Positions 39,357 through 47,414 of a DNA stretch of 64,000 nucleotides are shown here, piece after piece (position 1 is the first letter of the stretch; each line of letters opens with the position of its first letter). The notes beneath the pieces were generated by a model. It searched no databases. It was not told where the DNA came from and saw only the letters and a program-made list of their open reading frames with translations. Both the position numbers and the translations under genes were made by a program. Where the stretch lies: positions 96,001-160,000 of the forward strand of contig CAVYXJ010000007.1 of NCBI GenBank assembly GCA_963772455.1, in the 5' to 3' direction. Source of the DNA: Candidatus Bathyarchaeota archaeon. Lineage in GTDB: Archaea > Thermoproteota > Bathyarchaeia > Bathyarchaeales > Bathycorpusculaceae.

Positions 39357-40640
39357 ATGGTTGATGTTTGGCTTCCCTATGGAAAAACCGACGTGTGTGT
39401 TCGTGTTCCAGCCCGAAACTTGCTTGGCACAATTGAGCCAAAAGAGCAGCCTGCCGCGGCAGACGCGAAGGTAGAGGTTGAGCGTGCCCTAAAAGAAGTC
39501 ACGGGTACAAAACGTTTATGCGAGATTGTTAAACCAGAAAGCAAAGTGGCAATTGTTGTGGATGTTGCTACCCGAAAAACGCCATGCGAAATCCTACTTC
39601 TACCCGTCCTTGCTGAACTCAATGGGGCAGGGGTAAAGGATGAAAACGTAACAGTTGTTTTTGGTTGCGGAACCTATGCAGCAATAAAACCAGAAGAATC
39701 AGCGAAACTTATTGGTGAAGAAGCATTAAAACGAGTGAAAACTGTCAGTCACAACTCTCGAGCGGCAGACCTTGTAAATGTGGGCACAACTAAGACACAT
39801 GGCAACAAGGTATTCGTGAACAGAGTATTTATGGAAGCTGATGTTAAGATCCTTTTGGGGGATGTTGACCTTAACTATTACGCGGGTTATGGCGGGGGAA
39901 GGAAGGGTGTTTTGCCCGGAATTTGTGGTGAAGAAACCATAAAGCAAAATCACAGCATGCTAGTAAGTGCAAATGCGAAGTCAGGAAATTTAATGGACAA
40001 TCCTGTACATGTAGATATGACTGAAGCAGCAAGACTAGCTAAAGTTGACTTTATCGTTAATGTTGTTGCAAACAGGAAAGGCGAAGTAGTAAGAGCTTTT
40101 GCAGGGGATTTGGAAGCAGCTTTTTTGGAAGCAGTGAAACTCTATGATGAAATGTACCGTGTAAATGTAGATCGACGAGCCGACATAATAGTGGTTAGTT
40201 CAGGCGGCCATCCATCCGACATTAGCCTATATGAAGCTTACAAAGGCTTAGATAATTCCTTAGATGCAGTTAAAAGAGGTGGGGTAATAATTTTTGTTGC
40301 AGAATGTCCTGAAGGACACGGTAACCAAGTTTTTTACGAGTGGATGAGTCGATTAGCAGACATCAAGAACGTGGAACGTGAAATAAAACGCAACTTTGTT
40401 TTAGGCGGATACAAAACATTTTACCTGTTAAAGGCGTTGCAGAATCACCAGATAATTTTGGTGTCTTCCCTTCCGGATTATTATGCTACAAGCATCTTTA
40501 AACTTAAAACTGCCCGAGCAGTAAATGATGCTTTAGCAGAGGCACTTAAAATTGCTGGTTCAGCCTCCAGAGTTTGGGCGATACCATATGGCAGCTATAC
40601 GTTGCCAGAGTTCAAGACGCCTGAGGAAACAAAAACCTAA
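39357..40640 (+). CDS. LarA (nickel-pincer lactate racemase) superfamily protein with atypical active site
   Basis: D..TR, AGYGGGRK..LPG, NH, GG.P.D..LY...K, AECPEG.G. Confidence 0.88.
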   Translation: MVDVWLPYGKTDVCVRVPARNLLGTIEPKEQPAAADAKVEVERALKEVTGTKRLCEIVKPESKVAIVVDVATRKTPCEILLLPVLAELNGAGVKDENVTVVFGCGTYAAIKPEESAKLIGEEALKRVKTVSHNSRAADLVNVGTTKTHGNKVFVNRVFMEADVKILLGDVDLNYYAGYGGGRKGVLPGICGEETIKQNHSMLVSANAKSGNLMDNPVHVDMTEAARLAKVDFIVNVVANRKGEVVRAFAGDLEAAFLEAVKLYDEMYRVNVDRRADIIVVSSGGHPSDISLYEAYKGLDNSLDAVKRGGVIIFVAECPEGHGNQVFYEWMSRLADIKNVEREIKRNFVLGGYKTFYLLKALQNHQIILVSSLPDYYATSIFKLKTARAVNDALAEALKIAGSASRVWAIPYGSYTLPEFKTPEETKT

Positions 40641-40735
40641 ATTCAGATCTAACCATTCCAATTGAAAAGAGAGCGCTTAACCCTTAAAGCGTAACCTTTA
40701 AGTTTCAACGTTGAAATTTGGATTAAGGCGAAACA

Positions 40736-41212
40736 ATGCAACAAACCTTCACGCTGCGAAAATTCGTTCCAGACGACCTGCAGAGCGTAATGCAAATCAA
40801 TCGCGTCTGCCTCCCAGAAAACTACACCGACTTCTTCTTTGTAGATTTGCACCAGCGGTTCCCAGAAACCTTCATTGTAGCTGAAGAAAATGGAAAAGTT
40901 TCAGGATACATAATGTGCCGCATTGAAGTTGGATTGTCAAATTATGGTTTTGGAGGCTTAATACGTAAAGGTCATGTGGTTTCAATCGCCGTGATGCCCC
41001 TAAGCAGACGCAAGGGCATGGCTTCTTCACTAATCAAGAAAGCGTTAGAAGGCATGGAATACTACAAAGCTAAACAATGCTTCTTAGAAGTTCGCGTAAC
41101 AAACGAATCAGGAATAACACTCTACAAAAAACTTGGTTTTGAAGTCACAAGAACAATCAACGGCTACTATTCTGATGGCGAAGACGCATACGTAATGACG
41201 AAGAAACTTTAA
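40736..41212 (+). CDS. N-alpha-acetyltransferase (Ard1/RimI-like)
   Basis: LPENY, GHVVSIAV, RRKG.A, LEVRVTN, YYSDGEDAY. Confidence 0.93.
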   Translation: MQQTFTLRKFVPDDLQSVMQINRVCLPENYTDFFFVDLHQRFPETFIVAEENGKVSGYIMCRIEVGLSNYGFGGLIRKGHVVSIAVMPLSRRKGMASSLIKKALEGMEYYKAKQCFLEVRVTNESGITLYKKLGFEVTRTINGYYSDGEDAYVMTKKL

Positions 41213-41252
41213 ATCATTTTTCCATTTTGAATAATTCTTTATCTGAAATAAT

Positions 41253-41377
41253 TAGAATTAGTAGTTAAGCAGATCTAGAACATGCCAACATAAGGTAAGG
41301 AGAGAAAAATGCAAAAACCTTGTCTTTGTTGGCAACAAGACCTGCTTAACTATTCTAGGCGGTCTTCTCGCACCTGT
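41253..41377 (-). ncRNA. Candidate structured sRNA (short hairpin plus long interrupted hairpin)
   Basis: TAGTTAAGCAG/CTGCTTAACTA, TGCCAACA/TGTTGGCA, AAGGTAAGG/CCTTGTCTT; minus-strand TTTTATAT at 41400-41407; strand assignment tentative. Confidence 0.45.
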
Positions 41378-41534
41378 CAAATATTAAAGTTTACTTAGGA
41401 TATAAAATAATGTGGTTACAAACCAGAACCAACAAATTCAATTTTAAAAACATTTTTCTTATTACTTATCGAAAAAAAGCAAATAAAAACAATTAATAAA
41501 AAATACTTTTTCTTAAAAAATGAAAAAGTTGAGT

Positions 41535-42401
41535 TTAAGCTGTTTTTGGCTTTACTTTGTCAACTGCACCGCTGAGGCTGGTCATTTCGGAGTTGGCTTT
41601 GCGGATGATATCTGCGATTGTATCTTTTGTAGGTATTGTCGCGCTTACGGATAATGCGACTGCTTTTTGGTGTGCTCGCTGTAACAATGGTTTAATGGTG
41701 TCCTTGCTTGCATATCCTATTTCAAGTGCCAATGCGAATGCTTCTGAGTTTCCTGCTTGAACGCTTTTGCGTGTTGCATCAACGTCAACTTTGAGTTGAT
41801 CACCAGTAATAATTAGTCCATTGTCGAAAACTGCGCGCATAGATATGCCGAGTTCAACTGCTTTAATGCCGAGTTTTGAGAGTGTTCCTGCAAGCCTTTC
41901 GTTTATGATTTCACCTTTTCGTACAACTAAGGTGTCCTTGCTAATCCAAACGCTGCCTGATTCAATTCTTGTTGGCAACCCCACTGCGTTTAGTTGGCTG
42001 ATAACTGGACCTGGAGGTTGACCTGTGTTTCCTGCAGGAATAACTACATCCATTGCAGCTATGTCGCCTGATTTAGCAGTTGTTTTAACTTTGCCGCGTT
42101 CAAGCAGCAAAGCCAATTTGAAGGGATTGAGATCTGTGAATAAATAAACGTTTGACCCATCCAAGTAACTCTCAAGCTTCTTTAGCTCTTCATTTTCCAT
42201 TTCTTCAAGTGCAATTTTGATAAGTGTGTTCTTTAAAACGCGTAGGTAAACTTTGCCAGCCATAGTCTTCTTTATTTCTTGCAGTTGGGAAGCACGTACC
42301 TTCTTGAGGCTAGCGATACCGATGGATTTGTATTCTTTGAGTATGTCTTTTATTGACTCTACTTCGGTTGATTTTGCTTCTAATACTTGTTGAGACGGCA
42401 T
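41535..42401 (-). CDS. rpl10: 50S ribosomal protein L10 (P0)
   Basis: KNTL, NPF.L, GNTG.PPGP, stalk-binding helices. Confidence 0.97.
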   Translation of the reverse strand: MPSQQVLEAKSTEVESIKDILKEYKSIGIASLKKVRASQLQEIKKTMAGKVYLRVLKNTLIKIALEEMENEELKKLESYLDGSNVYLFTDLNPFKLALLLERGKVKTTAKSGDIAAMDVVIPAGNTGQPPGPVISQLNAVGLPTRIESGSVWISKDTLVVRKGEIINERLAGTLSKLGIKAVELGISMRAVFDNGLIITGDQLKVDVDATRKSVQAGNSEAFALALEIGYASKDTIKPLLQRAHQKAVALSVSATIPTKDTIADIIRKANSEMTSLSGAVDKVKPKTA

Positions 42402-42416
42402 AGTTCTTCTTCTCTT

Positions 42417-43070
42417 TTAAGCTTTAATTTTGACTGGTTCACCCATGGATGTCTTGAGGAAAGCGTACTTTACGTTTTTCAATCCACGCTTTAGTTTTCC
42501 ATCTAAAACACGTAAAACAGCCATGGTGTTATCAACTAATTCCTCATCTTTCATTTGTTCGGAACCAATGGAAACCTGAATGATTGGTTGACTGCGCATA
42601 CGCACAACCACAGTCTTTCGGTGCTTGTTTATTAGGGCTGTAATGTCAGCGTTTGGTGGAACTGGAATGGGCATTTTTCCTCTTGGGCCTAAAACTGGAC
42701 CAAGTGTTCTGCCTACAAGCGGCATTAAGGGTGCTTCGCAAATGAATACATCATATTCGGTTGCGAGTTTGCGTAGTTCTTTCTTTTTGCCGTTTAACGC
42801 ATCTAAGTCTGCGCGTTCCAGAACTTTATCAGCTGAAGAGTTCTTCGCTTTCATAACGAAGTCTCCTCCTGAAGCAACAACACAAATCTTGTTAGGTTTG
42901 CCCGTTACGTGTGGAAGTTCTACAACCTCTTGGATTTTGCCTTCTGGCGATTTCATGTCGATCTCGACGATGTCGAGAATCAAATCTACAGTCTGGTTAA
43001 ATTTTTTCTGTCCAGACTTTGCCTTTGCTTGTTTAATTCCTTCTGCTATAGTCTTATTGTCTAGGGGCAT
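42417..43070 (-). CDS. rpl1: 50S ribosomal protein L1
   Basis: FNQTVD, LGP.LGPRGKMP, KTSMG; ATG at 43070. Confidence 0.97.
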   Translation of the reverse strand: MPLDNKTIAEGIKQAKAKSGQKKFNQTVDLILDIVEIDMKSPEGKIQEVVELPHVTGKPNKICVVASGGDFVMKAKNSSADKVLERADLDALNGKKKELRKLATEYDVFICEAPLMPLVGRTLGPVLGPRGKMPIPVPPNADITALINKHRKTVVVRMRSQPIIQVSIGSEQMKDEELVDNTMAVLRVLDGKLKRGLKNVKYAFLKTSMGEPVKIKA

Positions 43071-43125
43071 TTTTAAGCCTCGTGCCATTGAGAGATTTGA
43101 AACCCATTATAAAAATATTCGCTTA

Positions 43126-43617
43126 TCATTGTTCAGTACCGAATAGTTGTTCGTAATTGCCAGCATCAACGTCTTTCTGGACTTCTCTAGGGTCTTTCCC
43201 TTCAACTGTAACGCCTAAGCTTACGCAAGTGCCGAGCAATTCTTTAGTTGCTTTCTTGACGGTTGGGGATAAAAGTTGAGGACCTTTGATTTTTGCAATC
43301 TTCAATATCTGCTCCATTGTTAAATCGCCTATTTTGACAGTGTTGGGTGTACCTGAGCCTTTCTCAACTTTAAGTTCGGCTACGATAAGTGCGGATGCCG
43401 TGGGGGTGCCAACGGTTACCTCGAAGGTTTTATCTTCAGTGTCAACGCTAATTTTTACTGGAACTTTCATTCCAGCGTATTCTTTTGTGATTTCATTGAT
43501 TTTGTTGACAATAGCCACTATGTTTACGCCTAGTGGACCAAGAGCTGGACCTAATGGTGGACCTGCATTGGCTTGTCCGCCGCTGACAATTAATTCTACA
43601 ACTTTTTTATCTACCAT
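43126..43617 (-). CDS. rpl11: 50S ribosomal protein L11
   Basis: GGQANAGPPLGPALGP, GTC.SLG. Confidence 0.98.
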   Translation of the reverse strand: MVDKKVVELIVSGGQANAGPPLGPALGPLGVNIVAIVNKINEITKEYAGMKVPVKISVDTEDKTFEVTVGTPTASALIVAELKVEKGSGTPNTVKIGDLTMEQILKIAKIKGPQLLSPTVKKATKELLGTCVSLGVTVEGKDPREVQKDVDAGNYEQLFGTEQ

Positions 43618-43630
43618 TTTTTTTCACCGT

Positions 43631-44101
43631 TTATTTTGCTTTTTCAACTAGTTTTACATAGTCTGAATGTACTGTGATGGGCAAAGTGAAGGTTGCCTCA
43701 AGCAATTCGAGGGTAACTTCTCCTTTTGACTTGTCGAGGCGTGTGATTTTAGCACGCATACCTTTGAAGGGTCCACCAGTAATTTCTACAACGTCATCTT
43801 CGTTAAGATCTTCCATGACTGGTTTTCGAACTATGTACCGTTCTATTTCAGCGAAGCTCACGAGCCCAGGGATTCTGGATCGTACATGTCTAACACCTGT
43901 GATTGCTTCTTCTATCAGGTGTGGTCCATCGGCTTCTATGAATACATATCCTTTAAGTGTGTCTGGTACAAGAAGAGATTTTATTGGAATATGAGCCATC
44001 TCAACTTTAGAAGCGATTAGACGCGCTACGTTTCGCTCTTGACCTGTTGTTGTTTTTACAACAAAAATCTTTACTTGACTTATCTCTTTCTTGTCTTCCA
44101 T
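43631..44101 (-). CDS. spt5: Transcription elongation factor Spt5/NusG
   Basis: TT.GQE, KGYVFIE, KOW motif GPFKG. Confidence 0.97.
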   Translation of the reverse strand: MEDKKEISQVKIFVVKTTTGQERNVARLIASKVEMAHIPIKSLLVPDTLKGYVFIEADGPHLIEEAITGVRHVRSRIPGLVSFAEIERYIVRKPVMEDLNEDDVVEITGGPFKGMRAKITRLDKSKGEVTLELLEATFTLPITVHSDYVKLVEKAK

Positions 44102-44113
44102 ACTCAGGCTTCC

Positions 44114-44308
44114 TTAAGCTGTTGCGGCTGCGCCAGAAGTTGCGCCACCTGTTGCGTACGATAAGAGTTTAATTACAAATCCGATTAAGCCAACTGCACC
44201 GATACCTAACAAGCTAATTTTTATAGAGAGCCAAAGCTCTTCACGTCCCGGTTTTACGGCTAGCTTTAAGGTTCTTCCTGCCTGCGTTAACCAATCTTTT
44301 ATACCCAT
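44114..44308 (-). CDS. secE: Protein translocase SecE/Sec61-gamma
   Basis: LKLA.KP..EE, single TM, position upstream of spt5. Confidence 0.92.
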   Translation of the reverse strand: MGIKDWLTQAGRTLKLAVKPGREELWLSIKISLLGIGAVGLIGFVIKLLSYATGGATSGAAATA

Positions 44309-44412
44309 ATATACCGCACCTTCAAGATTTCACTAATATATAATAAATGTTACTGTAACATTTTAGTTTAAAAAATACGCGAGTAACTCTTTTAAATGTT
44401 GCTTTGAGCTGC

Positions 44413-45237
44413 TTAAACTTTCTTATAGGGCAATCCAGCAACTTCCAACGCTGCTAAAAGTCTGGATTTGTCTTCGCTTATAATTCCTTTCCAATCCAAA
44501 ATTGCCAACTGCACCTTTTCCAAAGTTTTCTCTACACACTGAGAGAGCATTTCAGAGTCCAAAAGGTGTACAGCATACTTTGGGATCATATGCCCAAACG
44601 TCGCTTCGCCAACTAAGGTCATAAGCGTGAATTTTTGGTTGTAGTGGGTGCCACCTATACCCAGAACAGCCGAATTTTTCGATACTGTAAAGTTGTTTAT
44701 AGCTGAAATTGCCGAGTGGGCAACAGCTTCTCCTGACTTAGAATCGCTCCATTGCAAAGAGCAGCTACCTAATTCAACAAACATTGTAGGAATGTTTAGG
44801 CTTGGACCATGATGAGTGCACTCAAAAGAAACTTCATAATCAAGACAAAAAGCTTCTTTGTAGTGCAAAAGCGCTTTCAAAGCTGTTTGCATGACCATGG
44901 CGGGAGCAACCGAGAGTGTTTTGGGCAATCCGCCAAGTTCAGCCTCGCCAAAATTCCCAGGTGCATGAACGGACAGCGTAGGTTTGCCACTTTGACTGCT
45001 GTGGCGCGAGATAAAGACCATGAGATTTGCGTTTGGAAACATTTCGGGAAGGTTCTGTGCTTTTACAGATTCCTCCTTGAGAGTTATCAAAGTAACTTCT
45101 TGATCAAAAATTTTCGCTATGTAAATTGGGTTTTCCTGAAAGTTATTTGAAGTCTCATTAAAAGGGTAGTTTTTTAGGATTTGTTCTTTGATATTTAAGC
45201 TTGCAATGTCCTTGTCTGAAGCTATTATCAGAATCAT
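44413..45237 (-). CDS. dtdA: D-aminoacyl-tRNA deacylase (DTD2)
   Basis: SRH.S, LSVH.PGN, E.THHGP, FVELGS, GG.HY, HMIPKY. Confidence 0.95.
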   Translation of the reverse strand: MILIIASDKDIASLNIKEQILKNYPFNETSNNFQENPIYIAKIFDQEVTLITLKEESVKAQNLPEMFPNANLMVFISRHSSQSGKPTLSVHAPGNFGEAELGGLPKTLSVAPAMVMQTALKALLHYKEAFCLDYEVSFECTHHGPSLNIPTMFVELGSCSLQWSDSKSGEAVAHSAISAINNFTVSKNSAVLGIGGTHYNQKFTLMTLVGEATFGHMIPKYAVHLLDSEMLSQCVEKTLEKVQLAILDWKGIISEDKSRLLAALEVAGLPYKKV

Positions 45238-45338
45238 TCAAGTTCTCCTTTAGTGTGTGCATGTTTGTAGTGGAAAAAGTTTTTGCATAAAGCTTATTAT
45301 TACACATTAAGTCAAGCCTAATTGAAGGCACTGAAAAG

Positions 45339-46253
45339 ATGCATTTGATTAATTTCAAAGAGTTAAACGGCAAAGAGCTTAGCGCATTCGTTGATTTAGG
45401 CATTGAAGTTAAAGGTAACCCAAAGAAATACCTCAAAACGTTTGAAGGCAAATCGGCAGCATTAATTTTCCAGAAGACTTCAACTCGAACAAGGGTTTCC
45501 TTTGAAGTTGCAATGACACAGTTAGGTGGACATGGCTTATTTATTGATTGGCGAACAACCAATTTTGCTTTGGCAGACATTTCTGATGAGCTTCAATATT
45601 TGTCCCGTAATGTTGAGTGCATTATGGCACGGTTGCTGTGTGATTCAGATTTGCTAAAGATGGCCGAAGCGTCCCGTGTTCCAGTAATAAATGGGTGCGA
45701 TGAAAAATATCATCCAAGTCAAGCCTTAGCAGACCTAATCACTATTAAAGAAAAACATGGCAAACTTAAAGGCGCAAAAGTCGTCTACATCGGTGTCCAT
45801 AATAACGTAACCAACTCGTTAATTGAAGGCTGCACAAAAACAGGCGTCAAACTGACAACCGTTACCCCAATTTTTAATGAAGCGGCAAGAGATGATGAGT
45901 TACTTTCTGAAGCTAAAAAAACTGGACTTTGGCAATCAACTTTAGATGTTAAAAGGGCGGTTGCAGATGCAGATTTTGTTTACACTGACACATGGATTGA
46001 CATGGAGTTTTTCACAGATCCCAAGTTTGCCGCAGAGAAAGAGAAACGCATCAAACTCATGACGCCATACCAAATAAACGAAAGACTGCTAAAGGACAGC
46101 AATGCATTCATCATGCATGACATGCCCATCCACCGTGGATACGAAATAAGCACAGAAGCAATCTTGAGCCCAAAATCGGTGATTTATGAGCAGGCAGAAA
46201 ACAGACTGTACGCGGCAAAGGCGATTTTCCTTAAGTTAGTTGCATCTGAGTAG
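45339..46253 (+). CDS. argF: Ornithine carbamoyltransferase family
   Basis: STRTR, HPSQ, TDTW.DM, MHDMP, QAENR. Confidence 0.88.
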   Translation: MHLINFKELNGKELSAFVDLGIEVKGNPKKYLKTFEGKSAALIFQKTSTRTRVSFEVAMTQLGGHGLFIDWRTTNFALADISDELQYLSRNVECIMARLLCDSDLLKMAEASRVPVINGCDEKYHPSQALADLITIKEKHGKLKGAKVVYIGVHNNVTNSLIEGCTKTGVKLTTVTPIFNEAARDDELLSEAKKTGLWQSTLDVKRAVADADFVYTDTWIDMEFFTDPKFAAEKEKRIKLMTPYQINERLLKDSNAFIMHDMPIHRGYEISTEAILSPKSVIYEQAENRLYAAKAIFLKLVASE

Positions 46254-46311
46254 TCAATGCTGCTCTTTTGTAAATCAATAGAGTGAGGATAGATTACACG
46301 GAGCAAATAGT

Positions 46312-46803
46312 CTATTTTCGATTGGGCACCCATCGATACTTATCCCATTGAGACTTGCCAACTCTTTTAATGGGCTTTTCGCCCTGATAACCACAAGCAT
46401 AACACTTTCCATCGTGCACTGAAACCACGTCACCGCAACTTGGACAACAATACTTTTCAGCTTGACTTCTAAGAAATTCATCCATACCTTTTTCTTGAAT
46501 CATTTTTTGGTTTTCAACCATGCTCATGCCATAACGCGCGCTATAATGTTCATCTAAGTGGGCTAATTTTTTGCACGGCATATCGATGCATTCATAGCAA
46601 AAACGGATTTGTTTTTTTCTTAGTTTTTCGCAGTCTCTTTTGATAAACGCACAATTCTTATCTCTTACAAGGCAGCCTGAGCAGTGTGATACTTCGCCTT
46701 TCTTGTAGGGAACACCACGTGAATAAGCAAGATAGGCTTTACAGATTCCACAGTTCATACCACATGGCGCTACAAGTTCAGCAGTCAACGATTTTTGACT
46801 CAT
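46312..46803 (-). CDS. DUF3795-like Cys-rich protein
   Basis: APCGMNC..C, C.GC, C...C, FCYEC..PC, CPSCG; ATG at 46803. Confidence 0.85.
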   Translation of the reverse strand: MSQKSLTAELVAPCGMNCGICKAYLAYSRGVPYKKGEVSHCSGCLVRDKNCAFIKRDCEKLRKKQIRFCYECIDMPCKKLAHLDEHYSARYGMSMVENQKMIQEKGMDEFLRSQAEKYCCPSCGDVVSVHDGKCYACGYQGEKPIKRVGKSQWDKYRWVPNRK

Positions 46804-47100
46804 AAGTTGTAATTGCAAGCAACAGTTTAAGTGGTTTACGTTCCCTCCAAAGTATCAGGTAGCCTAGAATGAGGATAATTCTTAATTTTCCAAATTAGAG
46901 GGTGATTCTCACCTACCCTCACTTCCATCCCGAATTCACTTACTTGACAAACTAAAATAACGACTGATTAAGACCAAATATTTTGGAAGGCGATTTTACC
47001 TTCTTCTTATAGAAGTATTAGAGCGCTTCGCAAAAACATTTGCACTACTACTTCAAACGAGATTGTTTTAAACAATGAATTTCAAAGTGGTATTAGTTTT

Positions 47101-47239
47101 TCAAGGTGAAATTTCAGTTGAACGACAGCTCCTACCTTGACTTCAAAAGAAGAAATCTATGTACCAAAAGTTTTGGAGGTCAAAGAAGAAGATTGAAAAA
47201 TTTGCTCTTCTTCTTCTCTTGTTAACTTTTCTTTTTTTT
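47101..47239 (+). ncRNA. Candidate multi-hairpin sRNA ending in a U-tract
   Basis: TCAAGGT/ACCTTGA, TTGACTTCAAAA/TTTTGGAGGTCAA, AGAAGAAGA/TCTTCTTCT, then a T-run; TTTTAAAC at 47066-47073. Confidence 0.35.
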
Positions 47240-47414
47240 AATAACATTGGGCTAAAAAGGAGAGAGCGCTTTACTGTTGCTAAGTTTGAAACAAAATTAG
47301 TTTTTTTCCCAAATTTTTAGTGATAAGTAGTGTTAGTCCAGAAATCTTGACTAAAATCAGTCAACAAACTTTGACGAGAAACCTTTTATCACCTTCTATT
47401 CCTAACAACTAAAT

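Noticed and set aside
42625-43651. Long antisense ORFs over ribosomal protein genes (also those over liv, lig and the AIR-synthase gene)
   Set aside because: Shadow frames of conserved genes with no independent motifs.
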